Both the position numbers and the translations under genes were made by a program. The notes beneath the pieces are model-generated. The model saw only the letters and a program-made list of their open reading frames with translations, was not told the origin of the DNA and did no database searches. DNA of 64,000 nucleotides from Vulcanimicrobiota bacterium (lineage in GTDB: Bacteria; Vulcanimicrobiota; Vulcanimicrobiia; Vulcanimicrobiales; Vulcanimicrobiaceae). Location of the stretch: NCBI GenBank assembly GCA_963812155.1, contig CAWETW010000001.1, forward strand, positions 224,001 to 288,000, read 5' to 3'. This document shows, piece after piece, positions 55,082-64,000 of this stretch (position 1 is the first letter of the stretch; each line of letters opens with the position of its first letter).

Positions 55082-55537
55082 ATGGCTGCGCACAAGTCGA
55101 TCGTCACGCCCAGCGACATCCTCGGCGGACCGCCCGAGTGGCCGAAAGACCCTCGTTCGTGGGAGAAAGTCGTCGGCGATAACGAGATCATCTATGAAGA
55201 CGAGCACGTGGTCGTCTTTCACGATCCGGCCGACGAGGACGACGAGTCGTCACGCGAGGATCAGGAGATTCGCGCGACCCTCATCTCCAAACGCCACGTC
55301 CACAGCCTGATGGATTTGGGCGTCGGAGACGAACAGTTGAGCGCGCACATCCTTAACGGCGCGCAGCAGGCAGCGTACCGGCTCGGCTTACACAAGAAGG
55401 GCTTCGAAATGCGGGCGCACGTCTATCCTCCGATGCAGCGCCGTCCCGAGCTCGCGTTCAAGATTCGCGCCGGAAAGCCGCCGCACAAGGCCAACGCCGC
55501 CAACCCGGCGCCCGAAGGCGCGGAAAAAACGCCTTAG
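55082..55537 (+). CDS. HIT-like protein lacking the histidine triad
   Basis: IYEDEHVVVF, ISKRHV, GF...PPMQ align with the neighbouring HIT protein; the triad position reads ELAFKI. Confidence 0.7.
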   Translation: MAAHKSIVTPSDILGGPPEWPKDPRSWEKVVGDNEIIYEDEHVVVFHDPADEDDESSREDQEIRATLISKRHVHSLMDLGVGDEQLSAHILNGAQQAAYRLGLHKKGFEMRAHVYPPMQRRPELAFKIRAGKPPHKANAANPAPEGAEKTP

Positions 55538-55770
55538 AGCTTCGGCCCGATGTCGCGCTCGGCAAGTTTGCCGAGCGACTGAATCACCACGATCGCCAGG
55601 ATCGTCACGAGCACTGCGTAGACGAGTTCCGCGAAGACGCCGCTGCCCGGCTTGAGAAAAATGGCGATGAAATCGGCGATGAACTTGTTCCAGGCTCCGG
55701 CCGCGAGCAGGCCGAACGCCACGGTCGCGAGCGCGATCATCGTCCCCAGGTAACTCGATTTTACTTCCAC
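55534..55770 (-). CDS. Small membrane protein (DUF5654-like)
   Basis: AFGLLAAGAWN...YAVLVT. Confidence 0.65.
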   Translation of the reverse strand: MEVKSSYLGTMIALATVAFGLLAAGAWNKFIADFIAIFLKPGSGVFAELVYAVLVTILAIVVIQSLGKLAERDIGPKL

Positions 55771-55822
55771 CGTTCAATCCTCCGTTGGCTGTGCGTGGGG
55801 TCGTAACCCATCGTTCGCCAAA

Positions 55823-55855
55823 CGCAAAAACGCCCCGCCCTTGAGGGCGAGGCGC
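55823..55855 (-). terminator. Intrinsic terminator after rpsJ
   Basis: CGCCTCGCCC-TCAA-GGGCGGGGCG followed by TTTTT. Confidence 0.8.
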
Positions 55856-55879
55856 GAAGGTTTGCAGCGCAGGCGGCTC

Positions 55880-56188
55880 CTAGGCTTTGAGTTCGATGTC
55901 CACTCCGGCCGGCAGATCCAGATGCATGAGCGCGTCCATGGTCTTGGGCGACGCCTGCAGAATATCGATCAGGCGCTTGTGGGTTCGCATTTCAAAATGC
56001 TCCCGCGACTTCTTGTCGTTGTTGGTGGAACGCTGCACGCAGAACCGGTTGATCTCGGTCGGCAGCGGCACCGGACCGCTCACGAACGCGCCCGTGCGCT
56101 TGGCGGTATCGACGATGCGCTCGGCCGACTGGTCGAGTACCCGATGGTCGTACGCCTTGAGACGTATCCGAATCTTTTGCTTTGACAT
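55880..56188 (-). CDS. rpsJ: 30S ribosomal protein S10
   Basis: [23 protein letters not shown]. Confidence 0.98.
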   Translation of the reverse strand: MSKQKIRIRLKAYDHRVLDQSAERIVDTAKRTGAFVSGPVPLPTEINRFCVQRSTNNDKKSREHFEMRTHKRLIDILQASPKTMDALMHLDLPAGVDIELKA

Positions 56189-56236
56189 CTTTTCTTTTCT
56201 CTTTATTCTGTTTTCAAGGATAGGAGTGAGATTCGT

Positions 56237-56301
56237 CCTTCGACTGCGGCGCTTCGCGCCTTCGCTCGGGATGACACCGTCGCGCCTTCGCTCAGGATGA
56301 C
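56237..56301. repeat. REP-like palindromic element, copy 2 plus a partial tandem copy
   Basis: CCTTCGACTGCGGCGCTTCGCGCCTTCGCTCGGGATGAC then CGCGCCTTCGCTCAGGATGAC. Confidence 0.7.
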
Positions 56302-56326
56302 AGCGGCTGCGTCAAGATGAGGATCG

Positions 56327-57526
56327 TTACTCCGAAACCGACGTTACAACGCCGGCGCCGACGGTTCTGCCGCCTTCACGGATCGCGAAGCGAAGACCCT
56401 CTTCGCAGGCGATCGGCGTTATCAGCTCGACGTCCATCTGCACGTTGTCGCCGGGCATCACCATCTCGACGCCTTCGGGCAGCTTGATGGTGCCGGTGAC
56501 GTCGGTCGTGCGGAAGTAAAACTGCGGGCGGTAGTTTCCGAAAAAGGGCGTGTGCCGTCCGCCTTCATCCTTCGAAAGGACGTAGACTTCGGCTTTGAAC
56601 TTCTTGTGCGGTTTGACCGAACCGGGCTTGGCCAGCACCTGGCCGCGCTCGATTTCGTTGCGATCCACGCCGCGCAGAAGCACGCCGACGTTGTCGCCGG
56701 CGATGCCCATGTCGAGCAGCTTGCGGAACATCTCGATGCCGGTGACGACCGTCTTTTTCGTTTCCTCTTTGAGTCCGACGATCTCGACCTCTTCGCCCAC
56801 CTTCACCTGACCGCGCTCGACGCGGCCCGTTCCGACCGTGCCGCGGCCCGTAATCGTGAAGACGTCTTCGACCGGCATCAGGAACGGCTTGTCGATTTCG
56901 CGCACGGGCTCCGGAATGAAATCGTCGACCGTATCCATCAACTTGAAGATCGGCTCGGTATCCGGACCGCCGCGCTTACCGTCCGAGTTGAGCGCCTTGA
57001 GGGCAGAGCCGCGAATGATCGGCGTGTTGTCGCCGTCGAATTCGTACTTGGTCAGCAGTTCGCGGATCTCCATCTCGACCAGCTCGAGCAGCTCCTCGTC
57101 TTCGACGAGATCGACCTTATTGAGGAAGACGACGATGCGCGGTACGCCGACCTGGCGCATGAGCAAAATGTGCTCGCGCGTTTGCGGCATGGGTCCGTCG
57201 GTCGCAGCGACGACGAGGATCGCGCCGTCCATCTGCGCGGCACCGGTGATCATGTTTTTGATGTAGTCGGCATGGCCGGGGCAGTCGACGTGCGCGTAGT
57301 GGCGCTTCGTGGTCTCGTACTCTTGGTGCGAGATCGCGATCGTAATGCCGCGCTCTTTTTCCTCGGGCGCGTTGTCGATCTCGTCGACGCCGCGGGCGCT
57401 CGCCAGCCCTTCGGTCGCGAGGCAATGCGTAATCGCCGCCGTCAGCGTCGTCTTTCCGTGATCGACGTGACCGGTCGTCCCGATGTTGACGTGCGGTTTG
57501 TTGCGCTCGAACTTTGCCTTGGCCAT
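56327..57526 (-). CDS. tuf: Elongation factor Tu
   Basis: [21 protein letters not shown]. Confidence 0.99.
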   Translation of the reverse strand: MAKAKFERNKPHVNIGTTGHVDHGKTTLTAAITHCLATEGLASARGVDEIDNAPEEKERGITIAISHQEYETTKRHYAHVDCPGHADYIKNMITGAAQMDGAILVVAATDGPMPQTREHILLMRQVGVPRIVVFLNKVDLVEDEELLELVEMEIRELLTKYEFDGDNTPIIRGSALKALNSDGKRGGPDTEPIFKLMDTVDDFIPEPVREIDKPFLMPVEDVFTITGRGTVGTGRVERGQVKVGEEVEIVGLKEETKKTVVTGIEMFRKLLDMGIAGDNVGVLLRGVDRNEIERGQVLAKPGSVKPHKKFKAEVYVLSKDEGGRHTPFFGNYRPQFYFRTTDVTGTIKLPEGVEMVMPGDNVQMDVELITPIACEEGLRFAIREGGRTVGAGVVTSVSE

Positions 57527-57664
57527 TTTCTTCCTTACACTTCACGCAAGCGAGAGAGGGGCGGCAAACCGCTGTTCCAGCCGAGTCCTCGGACCCTGGC
57601 GTTTGGTAGCGCATTCACCGGTTACGATGCAAACGCCCCCAAAAGAGGGCGCGTGACCCCTGGG

Positions 57665-57694
57665 ACTATACCAAGGCGCGCCTTCCCCTGTCAA
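57665..57694 (-). promoter_or_regulatory. tuf promoter
   Basis: TTGACA, 18 bp, TATAGT with an extended TG. Confidence 0.7.
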
Positions 57695-57750
57695 CGCGCC
57701 GTGGATTCGGCCCGATTCGTCGTCGGCTTCGGCCTCGAGTGGCCTTTGCT

Positions 57751-59847
57751 TTATGCGTGCGCCGGCTTCTTGCCCGAAGCCTTGGCCACGATTTCTTCTT
57801 CGACCGATTTCGGCGCCTTCTCGTAATGTGAGAACTCCATCGTGTACGTGGCGCGGCCTTGGGTGGCCGAACGCATGTCGGTCGCGTAGCCGAACATCTC
57901 CGAGAGCGGAACGTTGGCGGCGATGACCTGCGCGCCGCCAGGCGCTTCTTCGGTGGCCTGGATCACGCCGCGCCGGCGTACGAGGTCGCCGGTGATTCCG
58001 CCCATGTAGTCTTTCGGCGTCGTCACTTCGACTTTCATGATCGGCTCGAGGAGAATCGGACCGGCGGTGCGGTTCGATTCCTTCCAGCCCATCGACGCTG
58101 CGACTTTGAACGCCATTTCCGACGAGTCGACGTCGTGGTAGGAACCGTCGAATGCGGTGACTTTGAAGTCCAACACCGGATAGCCGGCAAGCACGCCGCT
58201 TTGCGACGATTCCTTGATGCCTTCCTGAACCGCTTTCGAGTACTCCTTGGGCACTTTGCCGCCGACGATTTTCCACTCGAAGACGAAACCGGTTCCGGGC
58301 TCCTGCGGTTCGACGCGCAGCCAAATGTCGCCATACTGTCCTTTGCCGCCGGACTGGCGCACGAATTTGCCCTGCTTTTCGACCGTCTTGGTGATCGCTT
58401 CTTTGTATGCAACCTGCGGCTTGCCGACGTTCGCCTCGACTTTGAACTCACGGCGCAAGCGGTCGAGAATGATTTCGAGATGCAGTTCGCCCATGCCGGC
58501 AATGATCGTCTGCTGCGTTTCCTCGTCGGTACGCATACGGAACGTCGGATCTTCCTGCGCGAGGCGCGTCAGCGCCTGGCCGAGTTTATCCTGATCGCCC
58601 TTGGTCTTCGGCTCGATCGCTTGGGAGATGACCGGCTCGGGAAACGTGATCGACTCGAGCGTGATCTGCGATTTCTCGTCGCAGAGCGTATCGCCGGTGC
58701 GCGTATCGGAAAGACCGACTGCGGCAGCAATGTCGCCCGCGCCGATCGCGTCGATGTCTTCGCGATGGTTGGCGTGCATCCGGAGAATGCGCCCGATGCG
58801 CTCCTTGCGCCCGCTGCGCGAGTTGAGCACGTAACTACCCTTGTTCAGGACGCCCGAGTAGACGCGGAAGTAGGTGAGGTTGCCGTACGGATCGGTGGCA
58901 ATCTTGAATGCGAGCGCACAGAAGGGTTCCGAATCGTCGGGCTTGCGCGTCAGCTCGTGACCGGTCTTCGGATCTTTGCCGACGATTGGCTTCGCATCGA
59001 TCGGCGACGGCATGTAATCGACGACCGCGTCGAGCAGCGGCTGCACGCCCTTGTTCTTGAACGCGGATCCGCAGAGCATCGGCAACACGGTGCCTTCGAT
59101 CGTCGCGCGGCGAAGGGCCGTCTTCATGCGCTCGATCGGCAGCTCTTTCCCTTCAAAGAACATCTCGAGCAGCTCGTCGTCTTGCTCGGCGATGGCTTCG
59201 ACGAGCTCTTGGCGCCATTTCATCGCCAGATCGCGCAGTTCGCCCTCGACTTCTTCCAATTCGATCGTCGAACCGAGGTCGTCGGTATAGACGATCTTCT
59301 TCATCGTAAAGAGATCGACGACGCCCTGGAACTTGTCTTCGGCGCCGATGGGGACTTGGATCGGCACCGCGCGTCCGCCCAGACGTTCGCGGATCTTGTC
59401 GACCACGTTGAAAAAGTCGGCGCCCATCCGGTCCATCTTGTTGACGAAGATGATCCGCGGCACTTTGTATTTGTTGGCCTGGCGCCACACGGTTTCCGAC
59501 TGCGGCTGCACGGCTGCGACCGAATCGAACAGCGCGACCAGACCGTCGAGCACGCGCAGCGAACGCTCGACCTCCACGGTGAAGTCGACGTGGCCCGGCG
59601 TATCGATGATGTTGATACGGGTATCGCGCCACGTCGTCGCCGTGGCGGCCGACGTAATGGTAATGCCGCGCTCCTGCTCCTGCACCATCCAGTCCATCGT
59701 CGCGGCGCCGTCGTGGACCTCGCCGATCTTGTGGACCCGACCGGTATAAAACAGAATACGCTCGGTGCACGTCGTCTTGCCGGCATCAATGTGCGCGGCA
59801 ATGCCGATGTTGCGGGTTCGCTCTAACGGATATTGTCTTACTGGCAT
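57751..59847 (-). CDS. fusA: Elongation factor G
   Basis: [24 protein letters not shown]. Confidence 0.99.
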   Translation of the reverse strand: MPVRQYPLERTRNIGIAAHIDAGKTTCTERILFYTGRVHKIGEVHDGAATMDWMVQEQERGITITSAATATTWRDTRINIIDTPGHVDFTVEVERSLRVLDGLVALFDSVAAVQPQSETVWRQANKYKVPRIIFVNKMDRMGADFFNVVDKIRERLGGRAVPIQVPIGAEDKFQGVVDLFTMKKIVYTDDLGSTIELEEVEGELRDLAMKWRQELVEAIAEQDDELLEMFFEGKELPIERMKTALRRATIEGTVLPMLCGSAFKNKGVQPLLDAVVDYMPSPIDAKPIVGKDPKTGHELTRKPDDSEPFCALAFKIATDPYGNLTYFRVYSGVLNKGSYVLNSRSGRKERIGRILRMHANHREDIDAIGAGDIAAAVGLSDTRTGDTLCDEKSQITLESITFPEPVISQAIEPKTKGDQDKLGQALTRLAQEDPTFRMRTDEETQQTIIAGMGELHLEIILDRLRREFKVEANVGKPQVAYKEAITKTVEKQGKFVRQSGGKGQYGDIWLRVEPQEPGTGFVFEWKIVGGKVPKEYSKAVQEGIKESSQSGVLAGYPVLDFKVTAFDGSYHDVDSSEMAFKVAASMGWKESNRTAGPILLEPIMKVEVTTPKDYMGGITGDLVRRRGVIQATEEAPGGAQVIAANVPLSEMFGYATDMRSATQGRATYTMEFSHYEKAPKSVEEEIVAKASGKKPAHA

Positions 59848-59950
59848 ATAATTTTTTGTGTAGGGCGCCCCAAATCAGCATGCAGCCACTGCCTTGCCGG
59901 CATCGGGACCGCGTCAAGCCGGCGCTGCCGAAACTAGACCGTGCTTCTTT

Positions 59951-60421
59951 CTACCACCTATAGTGCGCGAAGGCTTTGTTGGCTTCGGCCATTTTGTGCG
60001 TATCTTCACGCTTTTTAATGGTTGCGCCGGCATTGTTCGACGCATCCATCAGCTCGCCGGCAAGCTTTTCCTCCATCGATCGGCCCGGACGGTTGCGCGC
60101 GAAGCCGATCAGCCAGCGCATCGCCATCGCTTGACGGCGGTCGGGACGCACTTCCATCGGCACTTGGTAGGTGGCGCCGCCGACGCGGCGAGGGCGCACC
60201 TCGACGAGCGGCATCGCGTTGGAAAGCGCTTGCGAGAAAACATCCATCGGGTCGCGGCCGGTCTTCTCTGCAATCATTTCGAGCGCCGCGTAGGTGATGT
60301 TCTCGGCGGTCGACTTCTTTCCGCGGAGCATCACCTTGTTGATGAAGCGCGCGAGAACTTTGGAGTTGTACTTTCCGTCCGGCAGAATCTGGCGCTTGGG
60401 AGCGGGGCCTTTGCGTGGCAT
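59951..60421 (-). CDS. rpsG: 30S ribosomal protein S7
   Basis: [23 protein letters not shown]. Confidence 0.98.
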   Translation of the reverse strand: MPRKGPAPKRQILPDGKYNSKVLARFINKVMLRGKKSTAENITYAALEMIAEKTGRDPMDVFSQALSNAMPLVEVRPRRVGGATYQVPMEVRPDRRQAMAMRWLIGFARNRPGRSMEEKLAGELMDASNNAGATIKKREDTHKMAEANKAFAHYRW

Positions 60422-60861
60422 TACTTCTTCTTCTCTCGCTTGGCGCCGTATTTAGAACGGCCTTGCTTGCGATTCGCGGTTCCGGCCGTGTCGAGCGTGC
60501 CGCGTATGATGTGATAACGAACGCCCGGAAGATCCTTGACGCGTCCGCCGCGCACGAGCACCACCGAATGCTCCTGTAAGTTGTGACCGATGCCCGGGAT
60601 ATATGCGGTCACTTCTTCACCGTTGGTCAGACGCACGCGCGCCACTTTACGCAACGCCGAGTTCGGCTTTTTCGGAGTCACGGTCTTCACTTGCGTGCAG
60701 ACGCCGCGGCGCTGGGGATTCCCGGGCACTTCGAACGAGCGCATCGGCAAATCCGGATGACCCGGCTTCGGACCGGTCAAGACGACGCGAAAAGCGCGCG
60801 TCTTTACCTTCTTTTCCGTCTTTTCGCGGCCCCGGCGGACCAACTGGTTGATGGTGGGCAA
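60421..60861 (-). CDS. rpsL: 30S ribosomal protein S12 (TTG start)
   Basis: [24 protein letters not shown]. Confidence 0.98.
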   Translation of the reverse strand: MPTINQLVRRGREKTEKKVKTRAFRVVLTGPKPGHPDLPMRSFEVPGNPQRRGVCTQVKTVTPKKPNSALRKVARVRLTNGEEVTAYIPGIGHNLQEHSVVLVRGGRVKDLPGVRYHIIRGTLDTAGTANRKQGRSKYGAKREKKK

Positions 60862-60940
60862 CGACTCTCCTTTGGGCGCAGCACACCCCGAGAATGGCCT
60901 CGCCGCTCCTCGGGGACCTTCCTCGTCCCTGAACTACGGC

Positions 60941-60969
60941 AGTATACCAGGGGGCCTGTGCGGCGTCAA
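60941..60969 (-). promoter_or_regulatory. str operon promoter
   Basis: TTGACG, 17 bp, TATACT with an extended TG. Confidence 0.75.
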
Positions 60970-61050
60970 ACGAACTGCGACGCTTGCCCGGCGCACCGGA
61001 GCGCGCGCTCCCGGGGGCGACATCCTTGCCGTCGAACGCCCGGGCTGCGT

Positions 61051-62262
61051 ATGGCCGCCAGCGGGTCGATTCACCAGGAACGGCGCCTCGGCGTGCTCGA
61101 CGGTCTGCGCGGCATCGCGGTCCTGCTCGTGCTCTGGTACCACGTCTGGGAGATCTCGTTCTTCCCCGCGCCGGTCGACTGGCTGGAGTTCGTACCCGAG
61201 ACGGGCTTCATCGGCGTTCACCTTTTCTTTTTCCTCAGCGGTTTCGTGATTGCGTACCCGTTCGTGCGGGCTGCGGGCGCAGGCGCGCCGCGTCCCGGCT
61301 GGGGCGGCTTTGCGTGGCGCCGCTTCATTAAGATCGTGCCCTCCTACGCGCTCTCCATCGCGGTCGCGTACGCCATCGGGTACGCGCAGCGCCAACCCGG
61401 AGCCGCCACCGGCCCCGATCTCGTCTCCCATCTGTTTTTCGTGCACACGTGGTTTGCGGATCGCTACGGCACGATCAACGGCGTTCTCTGGACGCTTGCG
61501 GTGGAAGTCGAGTTCTACTGCGTCTTCCCGCTGATCTGGTGGTGCTTCGCCCGGCGTCCGTGGCTCACGGCCGCGGCGATGATCGGCGTCGCATGGGCGT
61601 GGCGCGCGGCGCTCGCGCACTGCTGCTACGCGACCCTCTTTCCGCAATACGAAGAAAATCTACCCGGCTACCTGGATATCTTCGCGTTCGGCATGCTCGC
61701 AGCGCGAGCGTTCACGCGGTACGGCGAGGGCTGGCGAAACTCGCGATGGAGCGTGGCGGCCCCACTGGTCTCGTTGGCCGGCGCGGCCTTTCTCGTCGGG
61801 CTGCTGCGCGATCTTTTCGGCTATCGCCTGGCGGATCAATGGGCCGGCGTCTGGCAGATCGACAAGCGGCCGTTGCTGGGCGCCGCGTTCGCGGTGCTCG
61901 CGATTGGTTTTCTCAGCAGTCCGCGCTGGTGGCAAATCCTGCTCGACAATCCGCCGTTACGGTTCCTTGCGGCAATTTCGTACAACCTCTACCTGTATCA
62001 CCAACTGATCGCGCGCGAACTGCTGCGGCATCACGTGCCGGCCTACGTCGGCGACCCACATTACGACCCACCGTGGCAAGTTCGCTACACGGCGATCGCA
62101 TTCGCGTGGACGATAGCATTTGCCGCGCTGGTGACGTATTGCTTCGAGCGCCCGCTGCTGCGGCTTCGTCCGCCGCAGTTGCTCGCGTCCGCGGGCGGGG
62201 CACTTCGGCGAAGATGGAGCCGCAGCGAGGAAGCGCACTCGTCGAAACCGCGATCGCCGTAG
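61051..62262 (+). CDS. Acyltransferase-3 (OafA-like) membrane O-acyltransferase
   Basis: LDGLRGIA, FFFLSGF, WTLAVEVEFY, SYNLYLYH. Confidence 0.9.
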   Translation: MAASGSIHQERRLGVLDGLRGIAVLLVLWYHVWEISFFPAPVDWLEFVPETGFIGVHLFFFLSGFVIAYPFVRAAGAGAPRPGWGGFAWRRFIKIVPSYALSIAVAYAIGYAQRQPGAATGPDLVSHLFFVHTWFADRYGTINGVLWTLAVEVEFYCVFPLIWWCFARRPWLTAAAMIGVAWAWRAALAHCCYATLFPQYEENLPGYLDIFAFGMLAARAFTRYGEGWRNSRWSVAAPLVSLAGAAFLVGLLRDLFGYRLADQWAGVWQIDKRPLLGAAFAVLAIGFLSSPRWWQILLDNPPLRFLAAISYNLYLYHQLIARELLRHHVPAYVGDPHYDPPWQVRYTAIAFAWTIAFAALVTYCFERPLLRLRPPQLLASAGGALRRRWSRSEEAHSSKPRSP

Positions 62263-62654
62263 CGATTGCCGGATTGGTTGCCGGAGCCGTGCTCGACGCG
62301 ACCGTCCTCGCGACGCGCTCTGCCGGCATGCGTCCGATTCGCGACGCGCTCGAAAACGAGGTTCGACGAGAGTTACCGGTCGCGCTCGACGTGCTCAAGT
62401 ATCAAGGCGGCACGATCGTACCGGCAGCGATTGCAACGACGCTTCCGATGCCGGCCGGCTCGCCGCTCGCCGCTCGCGTCTCGATTACGGTTTCGCCGGA
62501 TCCCTCCGGCGCGATTTCAGTGACGGTCACCGCCCGCGCCGGCAATCCCGCGCAGCATGCGACGCTCTCCTCGACCGTCGGAGCGCAGGCGCCGCTGCCC
62601 GGCACGGTCATCACGGCGCCCGGCTTGGTGCCGGCGCCGACCGGAGCGCCATAG
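62214..62654 (+). CDS. Prepilin-like protein
   Basis: MEPQRG/SALVE followed by a hydrophobic helix (class III signal-like). Confidence 0.6.
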   Translation: MEPQRGSALVETAIAVAIAGLVAGAVLDATVLATRSAGMRPIRDALENEVRRELPVALDVLKYQGGTIVPAAIATTLPMPAGSPLAARVSITVSPDPSGAISVTVTARAGNPAQHATLSSTVGAQAPLPGTVITAPGLVPAPTGAP

Positions 62655-62657
62655 CGC

Positions 62658-63332
62658 GTGCTGCTGCGGACGCTGTTTGCGCTCGCCTTGTTCACGGCCA
62701 TCGCGGAGACGCTGCTGCATGGCGTGCACGCGCTCGCGCAGACGGCCGTGCGGCGGCAGGCGATGCTGGCGGTCCGGGCCGAGATCGACGCCGCCACGAC
62801 CGCGGCGCGCCTCGCTGTAGCGCAAGCCGTCATCGCCGGCGGCGATCCGCGCGGATTGAACGTACCGCCGTTACGAATCGGCGGCTGCCGGCTGCGCTCG
62901 GGCGACGCGTGCACGGTCGAAGGAAAGGCGAGGGTCCGCTTTATGCTTGCGCCGTCCGCGTCGCCGTGCCCCGACGCCGCCTGCAGCGTCTACGATCAGG
63001 GCAACGACGGCGTGAGGGAAGGCCGCATCGATGCGACGGTCACGGCCGAAGCGCTGGTTCCCAACGGCGCCGTGCTTGCATCGCGCACGCAGCGCGCCGT
63101 TTTCCGCACCTTGCGCGTTGCGCCGTATGCCGCGCTCGCCGGCCAATCGGACGCGACCGACATCGCCGCGGGTTCGCCCGGAGACGACGCGGGCACCGCA
63201 CCTGCCGGCACGGCGCCCGGAACCCTAGTCGACGTGATCTACCGCAATGCCGTCACTGGTGCCGAGATGCCCGCCAACGTCTGGCAGGCTTCCGCGGAAT
63301 CGCGCGACGGCGAAACGGCGTGGAAACCCTAA
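62658..63332 (+). CDS. Hypothetical exported protein (pseudopilin-like)
   Basis: N-terminal hydrophobic helix, long helix and Cys pairs; 3 bp after the prepilin-like gene. Confidence 0.5.
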   Translation: MLLRTLFALALFTAIAETLLHGVHALAQTAVRRQAMLAVRAEIDAATTAARLAVAQAVIAGGDPRGLNVPPLRIGGCRLRSGDACTVEGKARVRFMLAPSASPCPDAACSVYDQGNDGVREGRIDATVTAEALVPNGAVLASRTQRAVFRTLRVAPYAALAGQSDATDIAAGSPGDDAGTAPAGTAPGTLVDVIYRNAVTGAEMPANVWQASAESRDGETAWKP

Positions 63333-63339
63333 AGAGCGG

Positions 63340-63717
63340 TCAGAGAGCCGACTTGAAAAGACTCTCCGTGAGGCCGGCAATCACCGGCACGCGCACTTCC
63401 TTGCCTTGGAAACCGCTCACGAACGTCCAGATCCAGAGCACGAGCCAAAGCAGATCGATGAGCCACAAGACCGGGAACAGCACCAAGAATATGTGAACGA
63501 GCGCCGTCAAAATGCCCCAGATGATGTGAATCGCAATCAAGCCGCCCCACAGCGTAATCGACTGCGCCGCCGCCCACTTGACGAACTTATTCGTGCCTCC
63601 GCCGACGAGCATCACGATGCCGCCGACTAAACCGAACAAGTAAGCCAGCCCGGCGGCAACGTTCGCATCCAATCCGAAGGGGGTATCCGAAGGAGGCTGG
63701 GTGACCGACATGTGCAC
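63340..63717 (-). CDS. DUF4870-like membrane protein
   Basis: GLDANVAAGLAY, FVKWAAAQS, VPVIA. Confidence 0.7.
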   Translation of the reverse strand: MHMSVTQPPSDTPFGLDANVAAGLAYLFGLVGGIVMLVGGGTNKFVKWAAAQSITLWGGLIAIHIIWGILTALVHIFLVLFPVLWLIDLLWLVLWIWTFVSGFQGKEVRVPVIAGLTESLFKSAL

Positions 63718-63849
63718 GCCCTTTCCTATTGCATAACCGTCAGCACGTTGCGATGCAGGTTACGCTTGCGAGCGGGCGGCTCCTACCGCAGCACTGCCGC
63801 CGCGACGCTTCACGAGGTTCTTCGCCGCGTCCGGAGCGAACGGCGCCAC

Positions 63850-64000
63850 GTGCGCCCCCGGTGGAAGGTCTATCTCGGCCTCACGTACGTCGTCATCTGC
63901 TGGGGCCTCAACGTCGTGCTGGTCAAGAGTGCCATCGCGCACGTGGATCCGCTTGCCTTCACCACGCTGCGGTTTTTGGCGATGACCCCGCTGGCCTTCG
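63850..64000 (+). CDS. DMT/EamA transporter, 3'-truncated by the window edge
   Basis: Manual translation: VRPRWKVYLGLTYVVICWGLNVVLVKSAIAHVDPLAFTTLRF. Confidence 0.7.
   Translation, partial: MRPRWKVYLGLTYVVICWGLNVVLVKSAIAHVDPLAFTTLRFLAMTPLAF

Noticed and set aside
56552..59826. Long antisense ORFs opposite tuf and fusA (also opposite sdhA, pckA, pruA)
   Set aside because: Expected shadow frames of GC-rich, codon-biased genes

Overview
A GC-rich bacterial chromosomal segment of mostly core genes. Gene content and rRNA suggest a diderm Terrabacteria lineage such as Eremiobacterota/Vulcanimicrobiota; this is an unverified inference. It contains thyX-ftsZ-ftsA, ftsQ-cof-dnaE, a type-E-like succinate dehydrogenase (sdhA-sdhB-CCG subunit), pckA, one full rRNA operon on the minus strand, pruA, and the str-S10-spc-alpha ribosomal protein cluster. 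That cluster is broken twice by accessory gene blocks, and rpmD and infA are missing from their usual positions. About ten single-base frameshifts in essential genes point to uncorrected sequencing errors. The most notable observations are: (1) a 300-nt ORF-less group I intron at position U2500 of the 23S rRNA; (2) a 183-nt structured 23S insertion at the H54/H55 junction; (3) tandem NrdR-box-like operators in front of ftsA-ftsZ-thyX; (4) a probable long disordered N-terminal extension on FtsZ; (5) three tandem paralogous 'stalk domain + Pro linker + beta-barrel' outer-membrane proteins; (6) a divergent pair of one intact and one triad-less HIT paralog; (7) structured leaders and new promoters at the ribosomal operon breakpoints.
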